This document shows, piece by piece, positions 35,105 to 46,700 of a stretch of DNA of 64,000 nt. The DNA is taken from NCBI GenBank assembly GCA_030390025.1, contig CM059435.1, positions 37,944,001 through 38,008,000 on the forward strand, in the 5' to 3' direction. The notes under the pieces were generated by a model. It was not told where the DNA came from and did not search any database. It saw only the letters and a list, made by a program, of their open reading frames with translations. The position numbers and the translations under genes are program-made. Origin of the DNA: Squalus acanthias. Lineage: Eukaryota. Position 1 is the first letter of the stretch; the number at the start of each line of letters is the position of its first letter.

Positions 35105-38100
35105 CTATGCAGGCTGACTACTTAGCCCAACACCAGATGATGAGCCACAAACCGGTTCTGCCACATTATCTGAAAGACCATCATTTGACTGATCGAGGAG
35201 CTGATCAAGCTCCTCAGCTTCACTATCTGCTGTGTTACCTTGCCACTCCAACAGTGGATTAGACAAACTTTCCTCATTCTCTGGCGAAACATTCTTCCAT
35301 TCAGGCTGTTCTTTGGCCCACTTTTCCTCTTCATTTTGGAATGGCTCTCCACTCCACTCAGCTGGTCCTTCTGTCCAGTTCTGTTCATCACTTTCTAATG
35401 CAGCTTTTGTTTCAGAGGACCGTGTGGGCTCCTGCTCCTCTTCACTTTGGGATGCATCATCTGTCCACGGTCGTTTGATCCAAAACTCTTGTTTGAGTTC
35501 AGATGAAACATCCTCCTGATCAGATGCTTGTGGAGATGCTAGTCCATCCTCAGTCGGAGAAACACCATCTTTACATTCTGAGGATTCTTCAGAATCCTCA
35601 CTTTCTGATTCTTTATCTTTTGATTCTGAAGATGGCTCAGGATATTGCTCCTCTTCCATATTTGATTCATCATCCTTCAGCTCCAATGATGCTGTTTCTG
35701 CAAATGCAGGTTTTTGCAATTCGTTACTTAACTCTTCAGGAACCATTTCAGAAGTTTCTTCTCTACCCATTTCAGTTGATGGCAAATCTTCACCTGCACA
35801 AGTATTTGAAGCATTTTCCTCCACATTATCTGGACTCATATTTGAAGCACTTTCCTCCACCATATCTGGACTCATATTTGAAGGACTTGCTTCCACCATG
35901 TCAGAGCTCATATTTGAAGGGCTTTTCTCCACCATCTCAGAGCTCATATTTGAAGGGCTTTTCTCCACCATCTGAGAACTCAAATCTAAAGCAGTTCCCT
36001 CCACCATGTCAGAACTCATATTTGAAGGACTTTCCTCCACCATCTCGGAACTCACATTTGAAGGACTTTCCTCCACCATCTCAGCGCTCTTGATTGAAGG
36101 GGTTTCCTCTACCATCTGAGCACTCAAATCTAATGGTGTTCCCTCCACCATCTCAGAGCTCACGTTTGAAGGACTTTCTTCCATCTGAGTGCTCAAATCT
36201 AAAGCACTTCCCTCCATTTTTTCTGAGCTCTGGCTCAAAGCACCTCCCTCTACCTTTTCTGAGTTTGGATTTGAATTTTCCTCCATTTGGGAGCTCAAAT
36301 CTAAAACACTTGCCTCCACCTTTTCTGATCCCAGACTCAAATCTCTTCTCTCTTTCTCTGTCTTCCGATTCACTTTATCAGAGTTTGGTTTTGAACTGGC
36401 AGATTCTTTGCCATCTACTTCTTTGTTATTTAACATATTCCAAGTAGGCCCAAAGTCCATATTGTGCTTTACCTTTCGCAACTCCATCATGTTAAATCCA
36501 AGCAATACCTTAGGCCTGTACCTCTCACAATCTCGAACACATTTCTTCCTCTTATTGCTGAAGTGTGAGGCAATGTCCGATTTCCATAACCATAAGCCAG
36601 CTGCCAACTTTTCAATTTCCCTTCGATTTGGGTAGGGTTGCTTGTTAAAGTAGTTTGTGAGGAACATTTTTCTGGCCTCGTAGGACTCATCCTCATAGCC
36701 CTTGGGATCAATAGCTAAAACTATTGGCTCCTCCAGTTTTTCCTCTCCCAAGGTAAAACTCTGGACAGTCTCCTCACCATCCAATTTCCTTTTTTTCATT
36801 AAAGCAAAGTCCCCATATTCATACTCATATTCACGTTTCATGGGCATTACACTTGGCGAGTGTGTTACCTTGGCATGAGCAAGACTTCGATCTTGACCAT
36901 TTTGTGCTTTTCCAACACCTCTACAGTGTACCAGATGCAATGTTATAGTAGAAGCTGTCATGTTACTCGTGTAGACTCCCAAACAGTGAATGCATTTATA
37001 GGTGAGTTTTTTCTCCACTGGATGAATGGTTTGTATCACCTGATGCCGTTCCCTCAGATGGTGAGCCAAAGCATCCGATATCGGGCCCTTCAAAATAGAG
37101 AAACACAACGGGCAAAGGGTTTTTCCAACATCATTTTTATAGGGTATTTGGGTTTGAGGTATAGAATTCAAATCTGGCTTTATTTTAGATTTGACCTGTG
37201 GTTTTGGCTGCTGCAACTGCCCTTCTGGCTTTCTGAATGTTAAGTTCTGATTCTGGGGTCGGTAGTTTGCATTCTCCATTGAGGCACTCTCAGAAATACT
37301 GTATGTAGTTACAAGGAGTTGTATATTACTGCGACTACCCTTCTGTGTAGACAAATCAAAAGTTAATGTTGACTCAGTCTTGGGTCCCACTTCTTCATCA
37401 ATGTGAAGGATTCGTACATGTTCAGCCATCTTTTCAACATCATTGAAAGTGGAACGGCAGTAGGGACACGACAGTCCATGTATAAGCATATGGTTAAGCA
37501 GTGTTTCACTGGGTAAATAACGGTTGCAGTAGAGACACTTACTCGTGAAACTGTTGATCTTCTGAATATAATTAGCTACGGCCTGGATCTTTTCAGCTTT
37601 ATGCTCCTTTTCAAAGTGTATGCTATACACACTTTCTGGGAAAAGCTCATTACACATTGTGCAGATCTTCCATTTCTGAGCAGCAGAACCAGCCAATGCA
37701 GAGCTCTGTGTAGCAGAATTAGTGAGGCCTGCTGGAGAAGTTAATGACTTTACCGCTGAACTGGACAATCCTTGCATCCTTTGTGCTTGAGAAATACTGA
37801 ACTGCGACTGTTTCATTGACAATTGACTGGACGCACTGTTACCGGTCAAGCTTCCTGACTGAACATTATATTGCATCTGAGATGGCCGCCTCTGTTCTCC
37901 AGCACTAACTCCATATTGCCTTCCGTTGCCACTGGAGATTAACTGTTTTACTGTTTGTGATCGCTGCTGAAGGGAAACTGGTAAACCACCTGGCAGTGGG
38001 AGTCTAATTTGTTGCCCCAATGAATAGTTATGCGCCATTGATGAAATGGCATATTTTGGTGGCAGACGACCAGTACTCGACATAAGATTGACTGCAGAAT

Positions 38101-38821
38101 TCTGTGCGCTTTTGGACATGGATACACGATTCATATTCTGCTGCATTGACGTTTTAATACTCTGATAATTTGCGGCAGCTAGAGAAGGCTTATCGTGTGG
38201 CTTTGGTGCTATCAGCATCAAGGGCTTTGATCTTGGTACTACCACATTAGTATGCCCTATCATTGCTGTTACTTGGTATCCTATTCGTTCATGGTCTTCA
38301 ATAACATGCTGCACCAAGGCCTCGTAAGTCTTAGGTATGAAGAGACAACGTTTGCAATGTACAGTCCCATCATCTCGTCCATTAGGGGCAGAAAATGTGC
38401 CATTCACCGACTTGTCTCCTGTTCTCGCCACATAAGGCGCTGCCACATGTTGAAAATGTTCCCTGTAAATATGTTTCCTGACAACATCATACAGAGGATC
38501 TCGGTAGGTACACTTCTTACAGTAATAGACTGCTTGCTCCACGCTGTCAGCATGTTTCAGTTTAAGATTGCCATCCTGCTTTGACTTTTCATTGTGTGCA
38601 TTCTTGCCTCCACTGGGTACTTTCCAGAGAGGAACATGAAAAATCTTGATATGGGTCTCCAGGGTCTTTCTGTCAGCATTGTATGGACAATAAGGGCAAT
38701 TTATCAGAATTTTGTTTTCAAAATCTTCACTATGAACATTTCTGAAGTGGCTCTTGTAGGCAGAAAAAAATTTGGATGCAAAAGGACAAGCACTGCAGCA
38801 AAATGGTTTTGTACGATAATC
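35105..38821 (-). CDS. ADNP: ADNP (activity-dependent neuroprotector homeobox protein), large last coding exon (1238 aa + stop)
   Basis: tattttcag|GAT TAT CGT ([14 protein letters not shown]...). Open to TAG at 35105. Contains the C2H2 zinc-finger array, KKRK NLS, homeodomain ([41 protein letters not shown]), PxVxL (PKVLL, 36500-36514) and C-terminal LSSQPA, all matching vertebrate ADNP. Confidence 0.98.
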   Translation of the reverse strand, partial: DYRTKPFCCSACPFASKFFSAYKSHFRNVHSEDFENKILINCPYCPYNADRKTLETHIKIFHVPLWKVPSGGKNAHNEKSKQDGNLKLKHADSVEQAVYYCKKCTYRDPLYDVVRKHIYREHFQHVAAPYVARTGDKSVNGTFSAPNGRDDGTVHCKRCLFIPKTYEALVQHVIEDHERIGYQVTAMIGHTNVVVPRSKPLMLIAPKPHDKPSLAAANYQSIKTSMQQNMNRVSMSKSAQNSAVNLMSSTGRLPPKYAISSMAHNYSLGQQIRLPLPGGLPVSLQQRSQTVKQLISSGNGRQYGVSAGEQRRPSQMQYNVQSGSLTGNSASSQLSMKQSQFSISQAQRMQGLSSSAVKSLTSPAGLTNSATQSSALAGSAAQKWKICTMCNELFPESVYSIHFEKEHKAEKIQAVANYIQKINSFTSKCLYCNRYLPSETLLNHMLIHGLSCPYCRSTFNDVEKMAEHVRILHIDEEVGPKTESTLTFDLSTQKGSRSNIQLLVTTYSISESASMENANYRPQNQNLTFRKPEGQLQQPKPQVKSKIKPDLNSIPQTQIPYKNDVGKTLCPLCFSILKGPISDALAHHLRERHQVIQTIHPVEKKLTYKCIHCLGVYTSNMTASTITLHLVHCRGVGKAQNGQDRSLAHAKVTHSPSVMPMKREYEYEYGDFALMKKRKLDGEETVQSFTLGEEKLEEPIVLAIDPKGYEDESYEARKMFLTNYFNKQPYPNRREIEKLAAGLWLWKSDIASHFSNKRKKCVRDCERYRPKVLLGFNMMELRKVKHNMDFGPTWNMLNNKEVDGKESASSKPNSDKVNRKTEKERRDLSLGSEKVEASVLDLSSQMEENSNPNSEKVEGGALSQSSEKMEGSALDLSTQMEESPSNVSSEMVEGTPLDLSAQMVEETPSIKSAEMVEESPSNVSSEMVEESPSNMSSDMVEGTALDLSSQMVEKSPSNMSSEMVEKSPSNMSSDMVEASPSNMSPDMVEESASNMSPDNVEENASNTCAGEDLPSTEMGREETSEMVPEELSNELQKPAFAETASLELKDDESNMEEEQYPEPSSESKDKESESEDSEESSECKDGVSPTEDGLASPQASDQEDVSSELKQEFWIKRPWTDDASQSEEEQEPTRSSETKAALESDEQNWTEGPAEWSGEPFQNEEEKWAKEQPEWKNVSPENEESLSNPLLEWQGNTADSEAEELDQLLDQSNDGLSDNVAEPVCGSSSGVGLSSQPA
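35801..36322 (-). repeat. Coding minisatellite: 15 units of ~36 bp (12 aa) in the ADNP C-terminal region
   Basis: Units such as [24 protein letters not shown] and [12 protein letters not shown]; 174 aa in frame. Confidence 0.95.
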
Positions 38822-39138
38822 CTGAAAATATAAAACAGCAGCAGTTATTATTGTTCAGTCTACATAGGTGCAATTTAAATTAGTCCAATTTTGTTTTCAT
38901 TGTGAGTAAAACAAAGGTACCCATAGATTGCCTGCCAGCCATATATTCCTTCGCCCAAAAATGCTATGGCTAGAATATTTCTGAATTTTAAATATACTAA
39001 AAAGATTGCTCTAAAGTAGATTACCAGTCACTACACTGAGATATGACTGACACTATTTTCACAATGACAAATTGTGCTTATATTCCACTTCGTGTAAAAG
39101 GCTGGAAACACCTGAAAAATCATTGCAGCTACATTTTA

Positions 39139-39503
39139 CAGTAAACTCTTTATTAACCGGCACCGACGGGACCGGCGTGGTGCCGGTTAATCCAAAAGTC
39201 CGGATAACGGAGAGTTATATCTCCCAACGTACGAGAGCCCCGTACACACTGACATGCGCCTGCATTCGGAGCTCCGTCTCCCCGGGGACCGCCAGCTAAC
39301 CATCTGTCGTGTCCGCTGCCTACCCGGGCTGCACATTCCCCTCCCAATCTACACGCTCCGATACAAGGCAAACGCCTCAGGTTTTTTTTTAAAAGTTAAT
39401 TTTAAAGGAGAGATGAAGGAAAACCCCGGTTACCTACTCAAGAATTTTGCCGGTTAAGAGAGATTTCCGGATATTTGGGTGCCGGTTAATAAAGAGTTTC
39501 CTG
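39139..39503. mobile_element. Tc1/mariner/pogo (Tigger-like) MITE, 365 bp, in the ADNP last intron
   Basis: 26-bp TIR CAG(T/G)AAACTCTTTATTAACCGGCACC with one mismatch. TA TSD (39137-39138, 39504-39505). Confidence 0.9.
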
Positions 39504-40157
39504 TACCGTGTTTCATTTATACATTAAGGAATCGGCATTAGGATGCCAAGTATGTGACATCCTGTAACGATACTCTAGTTTAAACTAAATCACTTTCTGT
39601 ACAGACGTACAAAGATTATTTTAAATGCAAAATATTTATGGCCAATAAAAAAAATGGTTTTTTTGTAAATCAAAGTTTTGTACCTATCCTAAATGTGAAT
39701 TTATTACATTAAAAGTTGACAGTACACCTCTGAACTGGTGTTGCCTTTAGCCTGTGAACAATACATGTTGCTTCAAAATCAGATTCCATAGCTGGGAAAA
39801 AAAATTCATTCTATCACTAAATGTACTTTTAACAACTTGCTATGAAGAGCAGCTGACTCCCTGCCTTAATTTTATATAAAATCTGCAATCCACCATCGAA
39901 ACAATCTCAATGTTTTTATCTGCCAGCACTGCTGTAGATTTACTAAACTACGGACTCGAGTTTCAACTCATCAAATCACTAATTATAATAGTTAAAAACA
40001 GACATGCACAATGAATGAGTGTATGTTTACCACTTAGTAAAAAAATATTTTAACCAATAAAGCCCACCCTGCTAATTAGATATAAATCTGAATGAAGCGT
40101 TAAGGAAATATACGATAATATAAGAATCAACACTTCCAGTATAGAAATTAAACTAAC

Positions 40158-40250
40158 CTGTAGCTTTGTAGAAGAAGGGTCCCAAAGCGAGACATCGTCC
40201 CACGTAGTGTTCTTCAGGTAGAAGTCATTTGGTTCGAACTGTTTGAAATC
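40158..40250 (-). CDS. ADNP: ADNP second coding exon (93 bp)
   Basis: ttccag|[31 protein letters not shown]|GTTAGT; phase 0 at both ends. Confidence 0.97.
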
Positions 40251-41811
40251 CTGGAAGAACAGTTTTAGTTGTGTATATATATATATATATAAAAAAAGAG
40301 ATTTTTAATACATTATTTTTTGTATTCTTTATTAGTCATCAAGTAAAAACCTTCCACTGAAACTTTGCATCAGAGCAACAAATTTTAATTTTCTTCTCTT
40401 CTCCTCTCCCAAAGGGAATGCAAAAAGTATAAATTACAATCACTTCAAACAGACCAAGGAGCAACATGTCACAATAAACTTCATATAGTGCAGTATTGCT
40501 TTACAGAGTAGCAACTTCTCCGATAGTCAGTAAATTCCTTCAAGTGTGTGTACAAATCGGCAGTGATCGAGTTCAAAACTAGTTTCTTATTCTGGGCTCA
40601 GAGGACAAAAATTAAAAGTTTAGATCCTTGATTGTGTGGCTATCCTTCAAAAAACTCCCACACAAAGTTAGTAAAAACATCCTATGCTTGAAATTAATGG
40701 GAGCATAAAATGAATTGATTTCAAATAAGAATTAGCACGAATTCTCAGAGCTTAATTTGGCTCCCAGTCAAATAGAGGTCAGGGAAAAAACATACATTGT
40801 TAAATTTATCCTCACTCTCAAATCCTGATCGAAACTCTTAGCTAAAAGAGCCAAATGCAGTCCCTACCAACTGTCGAGGTACGAATATTTTCACCAGATA
40901 CCAAATTCAGTTGTGTGGTTAAGTGGTCACACCACTTTCCCGAATTGTTATCTTTGGCCAAGGCTCAATTAGCAATAACACAATTTTTTGAGATTAAAAA
41001 AACAGACCAGCGACAAGCACACAAACTACACACCCCTAAACAGATCGCAATGTGAAAATTTACCAATAAAAATGGTACTGGAAATTATTTTTAAAAAACC
41101 ACAAGTTTTTAAACATTTGTATATGTGTCTAAATTTATTGGGGAAAGCGCTTTAGCTTATTCTGAGAAAAACAAAGTTATGAATTCAACGCATCTTTGTG
41201 AGGGTATGGTTTCTTGAAAATCTTAAATTTCAATACAAAAATAAAATCAATTTTCAAATGTAACTGGGCCTGTTTAGATAAGCTAGAATTAACAGATGCA
41301 AAAGCAAATAAGTCATTGCACACTACAGTGCAGGTGTGAGTACACAGTAGTTTGCTGACAAGACAGCAAGAATCCTGATCTACTTAGAATTATACAGACA
41401 ACAGTCATTAAGAATCAACTCTGTGAAAACAATCTCATGAAGTTCTGACCGGCACCCCAAGAAGCAATTTCCTCCGTAATCATGTTGTACACAAGGAGTA
41501 TCAAGCATAAGCAGAGTAAAGCTCTCTCTAATAATCTGATACATCTAACTCAGAAGAGCACCTTTTATTGCAACGATGTAACATTTTCCCCACATCAGCT
41601 ACCTTTGTAGCTCCTCTGCGCAAGACTACAACTTGGAAATGGTAAGTTCTAGATTATTGTGTTATGGACTTAGGCCTCCAAAAATTACACAAACTCATTG
41701 CCTTTTAAACTCTTAAAGCTAGCAAGAGGGAGTTTTATATCAGTATGTGATGGGATGGGATTGGATTTGAATCCTGTTTCACCTCCTCCAAAAACAAAAA
41801 TTTCTACTTAC

Positions 41812-41919
41812 CTCTATATGATCTTTACAATAATCCAAGCCAATATCTGTAAGGATCTTTTTCACTGTTTTACGAGCCTTTCTTAGATTTGCAAGGTTGT
41901 TGACAGGAAGCTGGTACAT
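41812..41919 (-). CDS. ADNP: ADNP first coding exon (108 bp coding; exon begins at 41924 with 5 nt of UTR)
   Basis: aaacag|AAAGT ATG: [36 protein letters not shown]|GTAAGT, matching human [36 protein letters not shown]. Confidence 0.97.
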
Positions 41920-42599
41920 ACTTTCTGTTTGGGACAAAAAGGGCACAGGTAAGCCTCCATGGAAGTATTTTCAACATACGGTTAGTGTGATATGACTTAA
42001 GTGAGCATGCTTAATCATTGTGAAAAGCAAGTGAAAATACTGTATGGATAAAGGTAATATTCAGGTAACTTGCAACTTTTTTTTTGTTGCATTGTTTCTG
42101 CTTTCTTCAATTTCCTGACCACTGCCCCACTCCAACATCAGTTGTTTTCAATTTTTAAAAGAGTTAACTGATTCAAGTACAATGCTGAACTGCACACTGG
42201 TGTCAGGTCAGTTCAGTTCAGTTGCAAGTGGGCAGGTTGGGAGTAAAAAGCTGCACAAAACAGAATCCACACTGGCATTGTGGATTTCATTGGGGATGAA
42301 GCAAGCTATGATAACACAATGGCATGTCATGGAATGCATTTTTCACTTTTTGGTACATCTGAAGGATAGTGACCACCAATACTTAGTGACACAAAATGAT
42401 GAGACAGAGTTCCATGCCTGCAATTCAACTACATGGCTAATTTTCCCATTTCAGCTGCATTGCTGTAATGAAATGCTAAGCAGAGGCCAACATCTTTCTC
42501 ATGAGGAAAACCCAGGAAAGTCATCACTGCTCTGCTCTCCTACACCTTAAGCAGGTGGCTCACAGCAGCACTAGCAGAGGATTGAGAGTAGGTTCCGAC

Positions 42600-43030
42600 A
42601 CTGTCCAACACACTTGTGTTGTGGCACACAGAGTATTGGATTTGTGGAACAGATTCTCAGCAACAACAAAAGTTTGTTTTCAAATAACTCAATTCAAAAA
42701 GAATGGGATAAATAACTGATAGACATCGAGGTTGGAGACCATAGGAATAGCTACAATCTGAAATAATAACTCCACAGGAAACAATGGTTCCTAATGCTGC
42801 TGTGGCTCAGCTGCTGTTGATTTCAGTGGTGGAGATATATGGATGGATGAATATTCTGGAGTTTTGTTTGATTACCTTTTAGAATGAGGGAATGTTTATG
42901 CAGAGCTTTCCTTCAGGAGATTAAATGTGTGGGGTAGAATCCATGATAAGGTAGATTGTGTATGGTCTGTGGAGGAAGCGAGCTTGATGGACCAAATAGC
43001 CTTTTCTTGTTCCATGCTTTATGTTCTCAT
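42600..43030 (+). mobile_element. Old CR1 3' end fragment
   Basis: RVLDLWNR-like codons and tail GCTTGATGGACCAAATAGCCTTTTCTTGTTCC..TTTATGTTCT. Confidence 0.5.
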
Positions 43031-44759
43031 GTACCCTTTCATCAATAATGCTATCTTTGCAAAACAGAGAACACACTTCAAGTGATGTGACCAGGTAGAA
43101 TCACAATGCAGCATTTAATTAACCTCAATGTCCAGCTTCTTGAATAGAGAGTTATAGGTAAGCAAAATATTGCAGGCATCAGGGAAATTAAAGACGAGTC
43201 AGATTTAAATCTTGCTGTCAGTTTCAACAAAATTGGCATACTGGCTTGTAAAGTAAAATACATTTCTAGCCATGTACCTGTGTTTTAAAATAACCAAACC
43301 AAGGATAAATAGGTGAAGTCACAAAATATTATAGCAAATAATACTTAATACAATCAAACACCAACATTCAAAATATTCAGAATCTAATTTTGATTATTGC
43401 TTTATTTCCTCTTCCTTCCTTTCTCTTATTGGCTCTTGACTACAAAGTAATTCAGAGTGCCCGGTTTAGTTTCCCTTAGCACACAACTGTTCAACTTGCA
43501 ACCCTAGGGCTCCATATGGCACTCAAATCTTGGAAATCCAGCCCTCAAAAACTAGGAAACTCAGTTCTATTTGGGTTTAAATTCTCTATTTCCTAGTTTG
43601 TCCCTTTTGAATTTTGTGGACTTTGAGGTTTAGAAATGGCAGTTCTTAGCACTTATTGCCTTATGGGTGAATAAATCCTCAAAAGACTGGTTAGTATGAG
43701 CACCATGAAATATATGCAAATTAAAGGGAACATGGCATTACATTTTATACAGCCTCGGAGGCTCTGTGGTACATACTTGTGGAGCCCACAAAAACTTGAA
43801 TATCTGTGTTAACACACAGAATGACACCTGAACACACATGGATTAGGGAGGAAGGGAACATCTGACCGACCAAGGACAGCACTAAAAAAGCAATATACTG
43901 AATAGGAAAACATTTACAAATTCGAGAGGATTGTGTTTTACAAAGTACAGCTTTTCTGTACAACATATTCTATAGTTCTGTACTTCTAAATCTCCTGCAT
44001 TAAACAGTTGTGTGATGTTAATACTAAAATTTATTCATTTCCGCAAGATGTCTGTTGGAAATTGAATTACGCTGTTCAGACCTGAACGGGTTTGATTCCG
44101 GTTTGTGGTGAGGTAGCGGAGACAACAATGTCCCTGCTGCGAAGTGTGTGTGTATATGGATGTTTAGCCAGAATAAAATTGACCTAGTATGTGGTGGCCT
44201 CCAACAGCCTGACAAAATTCATTGTCTAGATTCATACATGAAGAATGGTCACTTTGGTGAGGCAGTATAGTACTATCAGTACCCTCGAAACCAAACCTAA
44301 CCAAGAGTCAGCACTTTCAGGAGAGATGAGGACAGAGAAAAGTTGGGAATAATTAAAAACTATTGGGGGCAGGAAGGGGGGGGGGGGGGGGGATGTGAAC
44401 AATGGAATACAGCATGTCTATTTAAAGAAATATTACAAAACATTCCAGGGGTGGACCAAATTGACATAGTAAGAGACAATGAGTTTGTGCCCAAGATCGT
44501 CCATACAGTTATTAATACCCCTAGGTTAGACAGTAGTAAATGTAGAAGCCTCAGAGCAAGCGATATGATCAACGTTCCCCTCCCTCCTGGGGAAATGTAT
44601 GGCACATATTCTCTGAACACAAGATAACGTAGGCTTACGAGCATATGATTGAAATTTACAAAATTTAAAGTGTCAAATTTTCCTTTAAATAAAATCACTG
44701 GTGTACATAGTTCATAATCAGACTTTTAAAAGAAAATCTGTACTGGGTAAAATCATTGC

Positions 44760-45090
44760 ATGATATGTGCTGACATACAGACCAGAATGGTCCCAGGTTT
44801 GATCATTGGTCTGTGATGAGCTATCTGATCTCAGCTGGGGCAGTGTGGGTACTATAATTAGCTTCAATGTCCCAGGCAAAAAAGATGGGGAAAAAAGCCA
44901 GCCAGGGTTTCCGATTAGTTTCCCCTGCTGGAAAGCACACGTGTGGACAATGTGAGGACAGGTTCAGGCTCCAATGCAATGCTCGCCACACTCAAATAGT
45001 CTTCTGACATTCACTGCCCAGGCACTCACAAGAACCACCACCATTAGGCAAGGTACTGGAGGCTGCTAGTGCTTCTGGAACTATACCGCA
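44760..45090 (+). mobile_element. Old tRNA-derived SINE (a partial copy also at ~44080-44340)
   Basis: GGTCCCAGGTTTGATC (B-box-like), CCCTGCTGGAAAG and AGGTACTGGAGG blocks shared with 58.7 kb and the antisense copies. Confidence 0.55.
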
Positions 45091-45799
45091 CCATGTTCAG
45101 AGCACAAACTAGAAAATATTTAACAACACTTCTATGACGGTTATAGACAGCAGCAGAAGTTTGTTTTTACACAAATTTTAAAATCTTGTGAAAAGCACAC
45201 GGCAGACTTGAGTCTTACATTCAGGACAAGTTTCCTGGAAATTAACTGAGGCTCAAATTTAAGGGGAACCTGAATGCCAATTGCTTTCAGCTGAGAAGGA
45301 AACGTATTTGGATTATTGATTAATGGGAAATGTCCACATAATCAAACAAAGTTCCAAATTGCAACTAGGAGAGACATTTGTCTGCTAGGAAGTTATAGAA
45401 GCTTCTTCCACATATACAGTGTACAGTACTTATTAGAAATCAGTGTGCATGCCCTGGAGGTCGCACACACCAGAAAATGTAATATTTGGATCATCAGATG
45501 TAGTCTAAATTTAATGCTGCAATATATTTATACATTAAATAAAACATCTCACCTGAACTTTTGTCCCCAGATTTAACAGTTTGCTGATGAGGGGATTTCT
45601 GTAGGAAATAAAGTACAACTTTTGACTAATACTATTAAACTAAAAGATGAAGATACAGATGAGAAACACACTAAGCTTTTTTTTTTAAAAAAAAGTATCA
45701 AAGTTACAATGCCTTAGCCACTGGGGAAATTAAAATGAGTCCATAACAAATCAAAGTTACAATCAGAGAGGAAACACTGATCGACAAAGTCATTAAACT

Positions 45800-46700
45800 G
45801 TAGGCATATGAAACTAATTGGAGGCAAGTTTGTCTATCGTCCTCAATGATGTGTTGGACATTCATAAAGGATGTCTCCACAGGTCAAAGAATTGTTCCAC
45901 TCTTTTCAAAGATGCATTTTTGGTGCATTCACCTGGGATCTAGTATGCTACACTTGCCATTTTAAAGGTCTAGCAGTGGGATATGGTGGGTATCCACAGT
46001 GGTACTATGGTTCTATATGGCTGAAGAAGAGATCTCAAAAAGGTATTAACTAGAAGATATAAGTATCTAGTCCAATTGTTGATTCATATGAATATATGGG
46101 AGTTCTAGTGGATGCCAATTATAGCTTAAACACTGCTCTTTGGGATTGTGCTTCCACAGAGCATCTGCCTTCATGAGAGCTCTGAGGGATGTAACCAATG
46201 GCTTAATTTGTCCCAAATGAATGATTCCAGGACCCCACTTGAGGTGAAGTTGTGGCAAAATAGGTTTATAGTTGCAGGTAGAGAGCGCTCCAGCCTACAC
46301 CAATCTATCACAGGGCCTTGGAGGTGCAGTCAGTCTCACAACAGGCATGTCTTTACCAAATCCCTTACTACAGGACCTGGACCTGTGGTGACTAGTACAC
46401 AGCACTGCATTTGGACACCAAGAACATGAAGGTGACTAATGATCTATCTTGCATAGATCCTTTTAGCACTCTGAAGGCAAATGAACATCATAAAACTGGT
46501 ATGGAAATTGAAGCATGGGACAACAAATGCAGATAATTGTTACTGGAGGCAGGGTTTGCTCATATATTTAGGTTTCAGTGCCTAACTTGATTGGTTGGAT
46601 AAACAAGGAGTTGTTCCTGAAGTCTCCCTACATCTGATCACCGCTTGATGGGAAATTACATGCATTAGGTTAACAATGCACTCACATTTTGTGAGGAGTT
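45800..46700 (-). mobile_element. Possible highly decayed Gypsy/Ty3 pol fragment
   Basis: GIIHLGQIKPLVTSLRALMKADALWKHNPKEQ weakly resembles the Gypsy RT-RNaseH connector (LG..NYL.KFIP....PLR.LLKKD..W.W). Confidence 0.3.

Noticed and set aside
35801-36322. Regular ~36-bp periodicity suggestive of a CRISPR array
   Set aside because: Eukaryotic locus; the units are in-frame degenerate tandem repeats without unique spacers or cas genes.
35232-36635. Plus-strand ORFs of 95-196 aa (e.g. 35503..36093) antisense to ADNP
   Set aside because: Shadows of the ADNP coding repeat and its biased codon use; no independent splice or promoter evidence.
35105-38542. ORF-track start of ADNP at 38542 (1145 aa)
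   Set aside because: That codon is GTG inside the exon. The frame is open to the splice acceptor at 38821, and the true ATG is at 41919.
2233-44392. Poly-C/poly-G tracts (2233-2262, 4906-4929, 44376-44392) and (TA)n microsatellites (17675-17696, 40274-40291)
   Set aside because: Ordinary simple repeats. G-quadruplex potential is generic and homopolymer lengths are error-prone.
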